From a virus (taxonomy: Duplodnaviria; Heunggongvirae; Uroviricota; Caudoviricetes), in IMG/VR virus record IMGVR_UViG_3300037384_000074, positions 84,112-136,484 of that record: 52,373 nucleotides of DNA; one strand, 5' to 3'. The notes beneath the pieces are model-generated. The model saw only the letters and a list, made by a program, of their open reading frames with translations, was not told where the DNA came from and did not search any database. Below are positions 33,599-41,934 of the stretch, in pieces. The translations under genes were made by a program, and so were the position numbers. Position 1 is the first letter of the stretch, and the number at the start of each line of letters is the position of its first letter.

Positions 33599-34912
33599 TC
33601 AGATTAAATTCTGAATTATGGAACGCCTATAGTACACATTTGCGTTAGCCTCGAGTACACCATTCGATACTGCAGCGCCCTTCGAGAAGGGGTTTGTAAC
33701 CATACCATAACGAGTCTTGAAGCCCATGACTGGCGAGAGCGAGTCAGTGTGGACAGCGCGGACCTGCTGTAGTGGGGTATACGGGCAGTAGAACATACCA
33801 GCATCCCAAGAGTTCGAACCCTTATAACCAAGGACGGCGTAGTCGACGGTTGCATAAGGATCGATGTAGACGCGCATCTGACCGATATTGCCGATGTAGG
33901 TATTACCGGTGTCATCAATCTGAAGAGCAGCAGCATCAGTAACATCTAGAACCTTGGCCATCCGAAGAGCCGAAGCTACGTTCGAAGAGACGATTAGGAT
34001 GTTGCCCTTACCACGACGGGTAGACTTGGCTAGGTCATTCGACTCGAGGTCGAGATGGAAGTGAAGGCCTACGAAACGCTCTGCTGACCAACGACCGTTT
34101 GTATCGGTGTCGCAATCGATGATACCAGCAGCGGTAACACGAGAAGAAGGCGAACCAGTTACGGCTGTGACGTAGATCGAACGAATCATCTCACGGTTGA
34201 TTTCAGCAATCAACTCGGTTGAAAGTACATTCGAAAGCTCACGAGCAGCATCAAGACCGTGGATAGCACGTAGATCCTGAGCAAATTCGTGGGTGTATTC
34301 AGCCTTAAGAGCACGTGACTGAGCTTCGACCATTACCTTCTCGATTGAGACGGCCATTTCGCGCCAAGCAGCGTTTCCAGAAGTACCAAGAGCTTCTGCC
34401 TGAGCTAGTGACATGCCACCGGCGTAGTTGTATGCCTGAGCATTGCCAGAAGGTGTGGTGCCTACGTTAAGGGTGGCGTCGCCAACAATTGCAGTGTTAC
34501 CACCATTAATTGTCGAGTGGCCAGTATTAGCCTCACCGTAGAAAGCTTCGGCACCAGTCTGGTTCGTGTAACGTGAGCGGAGAGCAAAAATCTGGCCGGT
34601 AGGACCAGTCATTGGCTGAACGCCCATTACATCGAACGAGATTAGCTTAGGAGCTGACCGACGAATAAGATTGATTAGAACCGGATCATAGTTCTGAACG
34701 CCACCAGTGTTATTGGTAGGAGCAGCTTCCTGTAGACCCTGTAGTGGATGTGGGATAGATTCGATCAGACCCTGGGCAACTGCTTCCTCGGTGTTCTCGA
34801 GCAACTGAGCAGTAACCACCTTCTTCTCGAGAGAAGAGATCTTCGGATAGGCGCTATCCTCGAGGATAGGATCCCACTTCTGAAGAAGCTCGGACTTGGT
34901 TAGGCGTGCCAT
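33599..34912 (-). CDS. gp23: Major capsid protein
   Basis: KWDPILE, YDPVLI.LIRRS.P, GVQPMTGPTGQIFALRSRY, SRALKAEYT.EFAQDLRAIHGLDA, FYCPY.PL, KTRYG; late promoter CATAAATA. Confidence 0.98.
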   Translation of the reverse strand: MARLTKSELLQKWDPILEDSAYPKISSLEKKVVTAQLLENTEEAVAQGLIESIPHPLQGLQEAAPTNNTGGVQNYDPVLINLIRRSAPKLISFDVMGVQPMTGPTGQIFALRSRYTNQTGAEAFYGEANTGHSTINGGNTAIVGDATLNVGTTPSGNAQAYNYAGGMSLAQAEALGTSGNAAWREMAVSIEKVMVEAQSRALKAEYTHEFAQDLRAIHGLDAARELSNVLSTELIAEINREMIRSIYVTAVTGSPSSRVTAAGIIDCDTDTNGRWSAERFVGLHFHLDLESNDLAKSTRRGKGNILIVSSNVASALRMAKVLDVTDAAALQIDDTGNTYIGNIGQMRVYIDPYATVDYAVLGYKGSNSWDAGMFYCPYTPLQQVRAVHTDSLSPVMGFKTRYGMVTNPFSKGAAVSNGVLEANANVYYRRSIIQNLI

Positions 34913-34968
34913 AATTGGTATTCTCCTGTGTTCTTTTTATTATTTATGGTTTCTGGACTCGCGGCGAG

Positions 34969-35847
34969 TCAGGCGCCGCGAGCTACTGCTAGATACTGCT
35001 GCATAAGAGGTGATACAGAAGGAGCTGTAGGAGCTGGTGTAGTAACCTGCTCGGTGAGTTCCTTAGCTGAATCTACAACTGGTGTAGCTGACTCGGTTAG
35101 AGATTCCTTTAGAATCGAAGCACGTGACTTGAACTCTTCGACATCAGAAAGGGTCATAATGCTCTCTGTTAGCTTCTTGAGACGATCACGACCGGCTTCA
35201 GTGAGGCCATTCGAAACTTCCGCAAGAGCTTCCGAGATCTGATACTTCCGAACCTGATCAGCGAGCTCAATATTCTTCTCAAGAGCTTCGTTAAGATTGG
35301 CTTCGATTGTAGCGATTTCTTCCTGGGCAGCTTCTGCGATCTGAATCTGGTCGTCTGGAAGAGCAACACCGGCGGACTCGACAATAGCGACAGCGCTCTT
35401 GACAATCTGCTCAGCGAATTCAACCTTAATGCCGGTATCAATGGCGATCTGGTTTTCTTCCATATACTGCTCGACGACGTAATTCATATACGCGTCAATC
35501 TTGCTACCGAAATCTTCGGAAAGGTTTTCGTAAGCTTCCTCAATGCGAGTATCATACTCAGTCTCAAGCTCTTCGCGTAGCTCAGAGACTCGAGCTGAAA
35601 CAGCACCTTCAAATAAGGTTACAGCTCTAGGAGCGAAATCTTCGCTTAGACCTTCAACGCTAGCAAAAAGAGCCTTAATTTCGTCTTCAGCTACCTTACC
35701 AGCCGGAAATACTGCTACAGGCTTTGCGACAGAAGTGTCTGCAGTCTTGTCGCCCTGATCCTTATCACGGGGACGCTTGGTTGAACCAGTATCAACCGGA
35801 CCGTCAAAATCGGTATCGTCCTGGTGGGTTGCCTTGGTTTTTGACAT
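34969..35847 (-). CDS. gp22: Prohead core scaffold protein
   Basis: LSEDF...A.TLFE.AV, ID.YMNYVVEQYM.EN..AI..GIK.E motifs; position between gp21 and gp23. Confidence 0.92.
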   Translation of the reverse strand: MSKTKATHQDDTDFDGPVDTGSTKRPRDKDQGDKTADTSVAKPVAVFPAGKVAEDEIKALFASVEGLSEDFAPRAVTLFEGAVSARVSELREELETEYDTRIEEAYENLSEDFGSKIDAYMNYVVEQYMEENQIAIDTGIKVEFAEQIVKSAVAIVESAGVALPDDQIQIAEAAQEEIATIEANLNEALEKNIELADQVRKYQISEALAEVSNGLTEAGRDRLKKLTESIMTLSDVEEFKSRASILKESLTESATPVVDSAKELTEQVTTPAPTAPSVSPLMQQYLAVARGA

Positions 35848-35893
35848 AGTTAATCCTCTGTTTAATCTATTTATCTTTGTTGGTATTTATAGT

Positions 35894-36544
35894 TCAAAGT
35901 GCGTTAATGAACTTCTGCCAGTTCTTAAGAATGACAGCTTCATCTAGCGTTCTACTACGGATGTTGGCGTTGATGTCCGTCTTAATCTCTTCAAGTGCCT
36001 TCTGACGAAGTAAACCACCTTCCCAGATCCATTCTGCACTCTCGTAGATTCCATTTACCCAAGCATCTGGAGCAGATGGATTAATAACGATATCGGCACA
36101 AGTTGAAAGCATGAAGTCTTCGCAAACTTCCATTGCATCACCTGAACGCTTCAACGAACCAATGCCACGTGAAGAGACGGCAAGCTGTCCACCCTGTTCC
36201 ATAATATTCCGAGCGATGCTACCAACAGGCGTATCGAACACAAGTGCTTTACCGATGTAGTTGTTACCATCTTCGACAAGGCTAACTGTCATATGTGAGA
36301 TACGATCAGGGTTGATCGTAGGCCCTGCTGGATGTCCGAGCTCGCCATATGCATTCTTACGCATGACATGTTCCTTGACATATCGACGGACTTCCTTTTC
36401 CATGATATGCTTAGGATAGCGCCGACCATTCTTGTTCTTTAGTTCAGACTGTAGGAACACGCCTTCGATATACATGTTCTTTTTGCCGTTATTCTCTTCC
36501 AAAAGGAAGTTAACGTCTTCAATCTCTTCTGTAATCAGTTTCAC
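35894..36544 (-). CDS. gp21: Prohead protease
   Basis: MYIEGVFLQSE.KN.NGR.YP, GELGHP, VSSRG.GSL, DIV.NPSAPDA. Confidence 0.97.
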   Translation of the reverse strand: MKLITEEIEDVNFLLEENNGKKNMYIEGVFLQSELKNKNGRRYPKHIMEKEVRRYVKEHVMRKNAYGELGHPAGPTINPDRISHMTVSLVEDGNNYIGKALVFDTPVGSIARNIMEQGGQLAVSSRGIGSLKRSGDAMEVCEDFMLSTCADIVINPSAPDAWVNGIYESAEWIWEGGLLRQKALEEIKTDINANIRSRTLDEAVILKNWQKFINAL

Positions 36545-37545
36545 TGCGTGTCCTCCTTAAGGGATTTAGCAAAATCCAGGAGCGCATTAAACTCCTTCAG
36601 GTTCTTTTTTAGTGTCTTGTCAAGTGAGTCCTTACTCTTGGTACCGCTTGACATTCTGTTAAGGCATGAAGCATCTTTCTCTGAAAGAGTTACAGAGCTG
36701 CCGTCTGCAAGCTTCATTTCACCAGCCGAATAACCTTCAGAAAGTTCCTTTTTATCCATTGTGGCAACAGCACGAGAGATACCCTTCTTGCGATTCCTTT
36801 CTAGCCGTGCCCAATACTTCTGCTCATCACCGCTTGTCTGACGCTTAGCGAAGTTAGCCATATCGTGATCAGGTACAGCTCGATTAATATATCGCTGAGC
36901 CTTTTCTTTAGATGTTTCCTGGAGATCTTCCTCAGCTAACTTATCGACAGCACGTGGGATACCCTCATATCGGTTGACTTTCTTAGTTAGGTTCTTCTTA
37001 GCACGATCAGCCCAGAACTTAACATCGTATTTATTATTCTGATGCTTTGCCATCTCAATCGAAGAATTGGCGATTCTATCCCTTTCAGGAATGTCGTTGA
37101 TAGCCTTCTTGACATAGGATGCGAGTGTTCCCTTCGACAATTCCTGGAGATCTTCTTCTGAAACTACTGCCTCATAGTCACTACCAGTTACTCTAGGAGT
37201 AGCGGTTAGAATTTCATCACGAAGAGTGCGAAGACGTCCTACCCACGAAGGCAAAGTATCGCTAGTTACAAGTGAATCCAGACCCATAGCAGCTAGATTA
37301 TTGAAAAGATCCTCGATCTCACCAATATATTCACGGAATTCGTCGATGTAGATCATTCTAACATCGTTATTGTCCTCTTTGACAATTGCTGAGGTATCTT
37401 TTGTAACTCCCTTCGTTAAAACGAAGTTGTCATCATCTTCGTTTGGGTCAGGAACTACTTCGATTGGATGCAATACGTTAAACACGTAATCGTAATACGG
37501 GGAATCTTGAATCTCTTCCTGAAACTGCTTAAACTTCTTTCCCAT
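36541..37545 (-). CDS. Prohead core/internal protein with repeated L.E.SK...Y..KA units
   Basis: ATG 37545 with SD; MGKKFKQFQEE; repeats LQELSKGTLASYVKKA and LQETSKEKAQRYINRA. Confidence 0.6.
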   Translation of the reverse strand: MGKKFKQFQEEIQDSPYYDYVFNVLHPIEVVPDPNEDDDNFVLTKGVTKDTSAIVKEDNNDVRMIYIDEFREYIGEIEDLFNNLAAMGLDSLVTSDTLPSWVGRLRTLRDEILTATPRVTGSDYEAVVSEEDLQELSKGTLASYVKKAINDIPERDRIANSSIEMAKHQNNKYDVKFWADRAKKNLTKKVNRYEGIPRAVDKLAEEDLQETSKEKAQRYINRAVPDHDMANFAKRQTSGDEQKYWARLERNRKKGISRAVATMDKKELSEGYSAGEMKLADGSSVTLSEKDASCLNRMSSGTKSKDSLDKTLKKNLKEFNALLDFAKSLKEDTQ

Positions 37546-37546
37546 T

Positions 37547-38044
37547 TCAAACCTTCTTAGCGGCCTTCGCGGCTCTACGTTTTGCAATCAATCTTTTGGC
37601 TGCATCTGTTAATTTCTTGGCACCGTGAACGGCAGCGCCAGCAGCAGCGCCATACACTGCACCACCTACAGCTCCAGCAAATGCGCCGGCAGCGTGCTGA
37701 CCATGAGTAGCTGCTGCGATTCCAGTACCAATAGCGGCACCGGCGGCAGCACCTACTTTAGCGCCCTTCTTAACGGAACTACCTAGCGACTCAACTAGTT
37801 CCTCGAGTTCTTCGTCGCTCATAGCCTCAAGGATACTTAAGTCTCCCTCAGAAATCTCGTCAGACTCATCTTCCGATTCTTCATCAACTTCCTCGTTGAT
37901 TCCGAACATATTACTGACTACCTGTGTGCGGCGAAATGCAACTGCTTCGCCTACACGACTACCCAGTTCGTCACGAAAAGCCTTCATAAAGGCTGCGGGA
38001 TTGCTCTCACGAGCTGCACCTAGCATTGTTACAATATTTGACAT
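37547..38044 (-). CDS. gp67-like prohead core protein with added glycine-zipper tail
   Basis: Position after portal, helical N-terminus + acidic tract as in gp67, then GxxxG-rich segment. Confidence 0.65.
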   Translation of the reverse strand: MSNIVTMLGAARESNPAAFMKAFRDELGSRVGEAVAFRRTQVVSNMFGINEEVDEESEDESDEISEGDLSILEAMSDEELEELVESLGSSVKKGAKVGAAAGAAIGTGIAAATHGQHAAGAFAGAVGGAVYGAAAGAAVHGAKKLTDAAKRLIAKRRAAKAAKKV

Positions 38045-38061
38045 AATTACCTCTTACCTAT

Positions 38062-39753
38062 TTATTTGGAGTTAGATTGCGCTGCTGTTACTGTAGGGGT
38101 CGTAGGGCCGCTAGTTGGTTTACCAGCGGCCTGCGGTTTTGGTTTACTTGCGTCGTTACCGATTACTCTCATCACGTCCGGATCGTCTCCAGCCAAGGCC
38201 AGATTCTCTGCCTCGTCATAGACTCCTGCATCCTTTTCAGCTTCGATCTCTTCTGCGATCTCGTCGATTAGTTCCTGAGACTGCTTAAGGACGTTACGCT
38301 TGATATATTCCATCGACCAATACTGACCTTTGTAGGTATTGACGCGGTCAAGTAGATCCAATCTTGCAGAGAATATTTCATTTTCAAGCAATTCAGCCCA
38401 GTGGTTATCAGCTTTCCACTCAAACGAGATTTTGTTTCTAACTCGGTCAAACTCATCAGGGTTCATAATACCCTTAAGAGCAAGTTGACGACGTAGAAGA
38501 TCTAGAAGTATACTTGAAAACTGGTTGCGTAAGCGTTCAATAAACTTGATGAAGAATACTTCATCACGTGTGATCTCAGTAGATCTACCAATAGAGAAGC
38601 CCGTGCTCGGATCAAGTCTAGTGATAGGAACGTTTAGAGAATTGTATAGTTTATTCAGGAAGAATGTGACTTCTTCCATCTGACCTAGATTCTGACCGCC
38701 CGGAAGCGTATCAATCTGAGTTGCCTTACCGTCACCAGTACGTGGTAGCCAGAAATCTTCAAGCATTGTGAGCTGCTTGCTGTCACTCTTAATAGTGCCA
38801 GATGCGGAGTCGTACACTACTTTATTACGATACTGCTGCATCTGTCGACGGAGATGCTGTTCCTGTTTACCAACTGGAAGATTTCCAACATCGATATAAA
38901 ATACGCGACGTTCTGGTGCACGTGAAATACGATAAATTAGAGTCGCATCTTCGAGTCCTCTGAGCTGGTTTAGAGGACGGATAGCTTTATGTAGATACGA
39001 TAAAATAACTGTGTTTGAAGGATTTAGTAGACCGGAAGTAGCTTGAACTACAGATTCCTTCGATAGTTTAGTACCTTCATTGTTAGTAGGTAATGATCCA
39101 CTAGTATTGAAAGTTAGAGCGTCAGTGTGGAACCCATTTTCCGAATAGAGATAGAATTCGTCACCTTCCTGGTAGAGATCGACGCCAGTACGAGGATCCT
39201 TCTCAGCTTTTAATACTCTAACCTTCTTGATCTTACGCGGGTCAATGTATTGTAGCTTACCGATTCCCTGCTTAGCATACTGCTTCTGGTCGATGATTAC
39301 CTGGTAGTGCCAACGGCCGTCTACATACCATCTCTTAAGGATGTTCCATCCGTTATGGTTGAAATCCATCAATCCCAAGACAACATCGAATTCTTCAGAA
39401 ATTGTCTTTTTTAGACTATCTCCGTAGTCGAGGTTGTCGAGATCAATAGTAACCAATTCATTGTTGTCTGAGGAAATCATCTCATTAATGATGATATCCA
39501 CAGCCTTCTCTACTTCAGGAAGTAGAGCAATTTCTCGATATTTTGTAATTAACTGCTGTTCGGATACAATCGACGGATCGACATCAAATGACATGGTGTG
39601 AGAGACTGCATCTCCTACACCTGTAGTCACGAAAGTCGTGTCCATCGAACCTACGGTAACAACAGCAGATCCATCGTTGACGTCCGCTGAAACCGACTTC
39701 AATACCGGCTCATCACGTCTGTTAATTAGGTAGTCAAACCCTAAAAGTTCCAC
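38062..39753 (-). CDS. gp20: Portal protein
   Basis: WYVDGR..Y, YIDPRKI.KVR, YLHKAI.P.NQLR.LEDA..IYRISRAPERRVFYIDVGNLP, MLEDFWLPR, TLPGGQNLG. Confidence 0.98.
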   Translation of the reverse strand: MELLGFDYLINRRDEPVLKSVSADVNDGSAVVTVGSMDTTFVTTGVGDAVSHTMSFDVDPSIVSEQQLITKYREIALLPEVEKAVDIIINEMISSDNNELVTIDLDNLDYGDSLKKTISEEFDVVLGLMDFNHNGWNILKRWYVDGRWHYQVIIDQKQYAKQGIGKLQYIDPRKIKKVRVLKAEKDPRTGVDLYQEGDEFYLYSENGFHTDALTFNTSGSLPTNNEGTKLSKESVVQATSGLLNPSNTVILSYLHKAIRPLNQLRGLEDATLIYRISRAPERRVFYIDVGNLPVGKQEQHLRRQMQQYRNKVVYDSASGTIKSDSKQLTMLEDFWLPRTGDGKATQIDTLPGGQNLGQMEEVTFFLNKLYNSLNVPITRLDPSTGFSIGRSTEITRDEVFFIKFIERLRNQFSSILLDLLRRQLALKGIMNPDEFDRVRNKISFEWKADNHWAELLENEIFSARLDLLDRVNTYKGQYWSMEYIKRNVLKQSQELIDEIAEEIEAEKDAGVYDEAENLALAGDDPDVMRVIGNDASKPKPQAAGKPTSGPTTPTVTAAQSNSK

Positions 39754-39775
39754 TATTATTCGCCTCTAAAAAGAA

Positions 39776-39806
39776 AACTCGTCGAGTATTTATGACTCGA
39801 CGAGTT
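39776..39806 (-). terminator. gp19 terminator hairpin with late promoter in its loop
   Basis: AACTCGTCGAGT-CATAAAT-ACTCGACGAGTT followed by U-tract on minus strand. Confidence 0.75.
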
Positions 39807-39836
39807 CAATACGGTCAGGACTATTGATGGAAGTTA

Positions 39837-40385
39837 TTAGGCGCCAAAAGCCGCGCCTGTAACGCCATCGAGTAGAGTGAAATCAGACATTGCAAATGTT
39901 ACCTGGAATTCTGAAATAGTATCAGTAGTTTCCCAAGCAGTTTCAATGCTGCCTACAGTCATCGGAAATAGGCCATGCATTTCATACTGACGAATTACAT
40001 TTCCTGCACGATCAAAACAAACAAGAATTGCCTGCGCGAGGTATGTATTTGGATCGACACCAGCCAATGCTAGGTTGCCCTGATAAGAATTGATCGTGTT
40101 GGACCAACGCTCTAGAGCATCACGTACCTGGAAATCGTTGTCATTCATGACTGTACAGGTCCAGTCTTCAACTACACGATCACCTGGGATCGGATACTTG
40201 CGACCGAAGTATGGAACCTCAATCTTACCAACAGTAACTGCTGGAATTGAAGCCGCCTTACACATGAAGGGCGATTTATTGTCCGCCTGGGCAGCGAACG
40301 GGTAAGAGATGATTACCTGGAAGTGGGAAGGTCTCCAGCCGCCTCCGGCAAGCTGTGCCCTCATCTCGTTAATATTGAATGGAAT
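39837..40385 (-). CDS. gp19: Tail tube protein (probable ATT start at 40385)
   Basis: CKAASIP....G.I.VPYFGR.....GDR...DWT.TV.ND.DF..R..LE.W, FP..VG.I..AW....I.EF.VTF. Confidence 0.96.
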   Translation of the reverse strand: MPFNINEMRAQLAGGGWRPSHFQVIISYPFAAQADNKSPFMCKAASIPAVTVGKIEVPYFGRKYPIPGDRVVEDWTCTVMNDNDFQVRDALERWSNTINSYQGNLALAGVDPNTYLAQAILVCFDRAGNVIRQYEMHGLFPMTVGSIETAWETTDTISEFQVTFAMSDFTLLDGVTGAAFGA

Positions 40386-40443
40386 AGTCCTGACTCCTCT
40401 TTTATTCTATTTATGCAACTAGCATGTTAACACTTTAATCGTT

Positions 40444-41934
40444 ATGATATATACGTATACAATGAATAAACGTAATTTGATTCGACGTCCCGTAGATCCT
40501 AATTTTAAGCAATACTATTTAGAATTACAAAATACTGGCGAGCTTTCTTTAAAGAGACTGCTACTTAAGTTTCCAAACACGAACCCCGTCACCATACGTT
40601 CGTGGTGCAATCAAACTGAATTACCATATCAGTTTGAGCGACACACTATAGCTGTACCCAAAGATTTGAAAGAAAAAATCGAAAATCGAGAATTCGCATC
40701 TCGTAACTCTATAGCCAAACGCTATAGAGTTACGATTGGAGTCGTGAATAGGTGGATAAAGGATATCAACGTTTCTCTGGAAAGCTATTCGAGCCCTATT
40801 AAAGGCAAAGAAGAAATTATTATTTCGTTGATAAACGAAAAGAAAAGTCTACGTGAAATTGCACAAAATCTCGATTTAGAATATCATCACGTATGTCGTT
40901 TTGTCAATAACAATTCAATCGAACGCCAAACCGATTTTGACCATATTGATCGTGATATGCTTTTTGATTTACATGTAAATCAAAAATTGACGCAGCATGA
41001 AATAGCTGAAAAATTAGGGATACATCAAACCACGGTTTCCATTTATTTTAAAAAATACGGAATTGCGGCTATTAAATGGAAAGGACCTTCTGCTGAAGAG
41101 AAGCAGGTTCTCGAAGTAGTTCGACAATATTATCCTACAGCATACAACGGTGTCAAATTTGGGTTTGAATACGATATAATCATTGAAGAACGCAAAGTTT
41201 TAATTGAATACTGTGGACTATATTTCCACAGTGAACGACACAACAGCGATAAAAATAGACACTATAAGAAGTTTTTAGCGGCTTCAAAAAATGGATGGAC
41301 ACTTTTAACAATTTTTGCAGACGAGTGGTACAATCGACGAAGTATAGTTGTATCTTCGATAAAGGCAAAAATTAATGCCGTAGATAAACGTGTATTTGCG
41401 AGAAAGTGCGACATTAGAGAAGTTGATTTACAAATTGCGAACGCTTTTTTTGAGGATAATCATTTACAAGGTAAACCGCACCGAACATCTCATATTTTTG
41501 GACTATTTTACGGAGAAATACTCGTTGCAGCAATGGCGTTTGGTAAACACCCTAGAAACAATGAGTTGACTCTTTCTAGATATGCTACTCTAAATGAGTG
41601 TTTAGTAGTAGGCGGTCCATCGAGATTATTATCGCATGCCGTTAAAAACATTCAATTTCAATCGATTGTGACTTGGTCAGATAATCGATGGGGAACTGGA
41701 AACATGTATGCTCAAATTGGTTTTAAACTTGAAAGAGAATATCCACCAGGTTATAGTTACGTAGTTCCAAATTGTAGAGAGCGCGTATCCGCACAGTCTC
41801 AGCAAAAACGATTCACCGGATGCCCAAAAGAAATCTCCGAGAAAGATTTCTCGGAGATTAACGGATTATACAGAATTTGGGACTGCGGGAAAATCAAGTG
41901 GATTTATCAGCCGCCGTACTTGCCTACGACGTAG
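40444..41934 (+). CDS. Hef-like homing endonuclease (HTH repeats + Vsr/PD-(D/E)XK-like nuclease + GNAT-like C-terminus), antisense between gp18 and gp19
   Basis: EYDIII..RKVLIEYCGLYFHSE; FARKC...NHLQG, GG.SRLL, SDNRWG.G..Y...GF, IWDCG. Confidence 0.8.
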   Translation: MIYTYTMNKRNLIRRPVDPNFKQYYLELQNTGELSLKRLLLKFPNTNPVTIRSWCNQTELPYQFERHTIAVPKDLKEKIENREFASRNSIAKRYRVTIGVVNRWIKDINVSLESYSSPIKGKEEIIISLINEKKSLREIAQNLDLEYHHVCRFVNNNSIERQTDFDHIDRDMLFDLHVNQKLTQHEIAEKLGIHQTTVSIYFKKYGIAAIKWKGPSAEEKQVLEVVRQYYPTAYNGVKFGFEYDIIIEERKVLIEYCGLYFHSERHNSDKNRHYKKFLAASKNGWTLLTIFADEWYNRRSIVVSSIKAKINAVDKRVFARKCDIREVDLQIANAFFEDNHLQGKPHRTSHIFGLFYGEILVAAMAFGKHPRNNELTLSRYATLNECLVVGGPSRLLSHAVKNIQFQSIVTWSDNRWGTGNMYAQIGFKLEREYPPGYSYVVPNCRERVSAQSQQKRFTGCPKEISEKDFSEINGLYRIWDCGKIKWIYQPPYLPTT

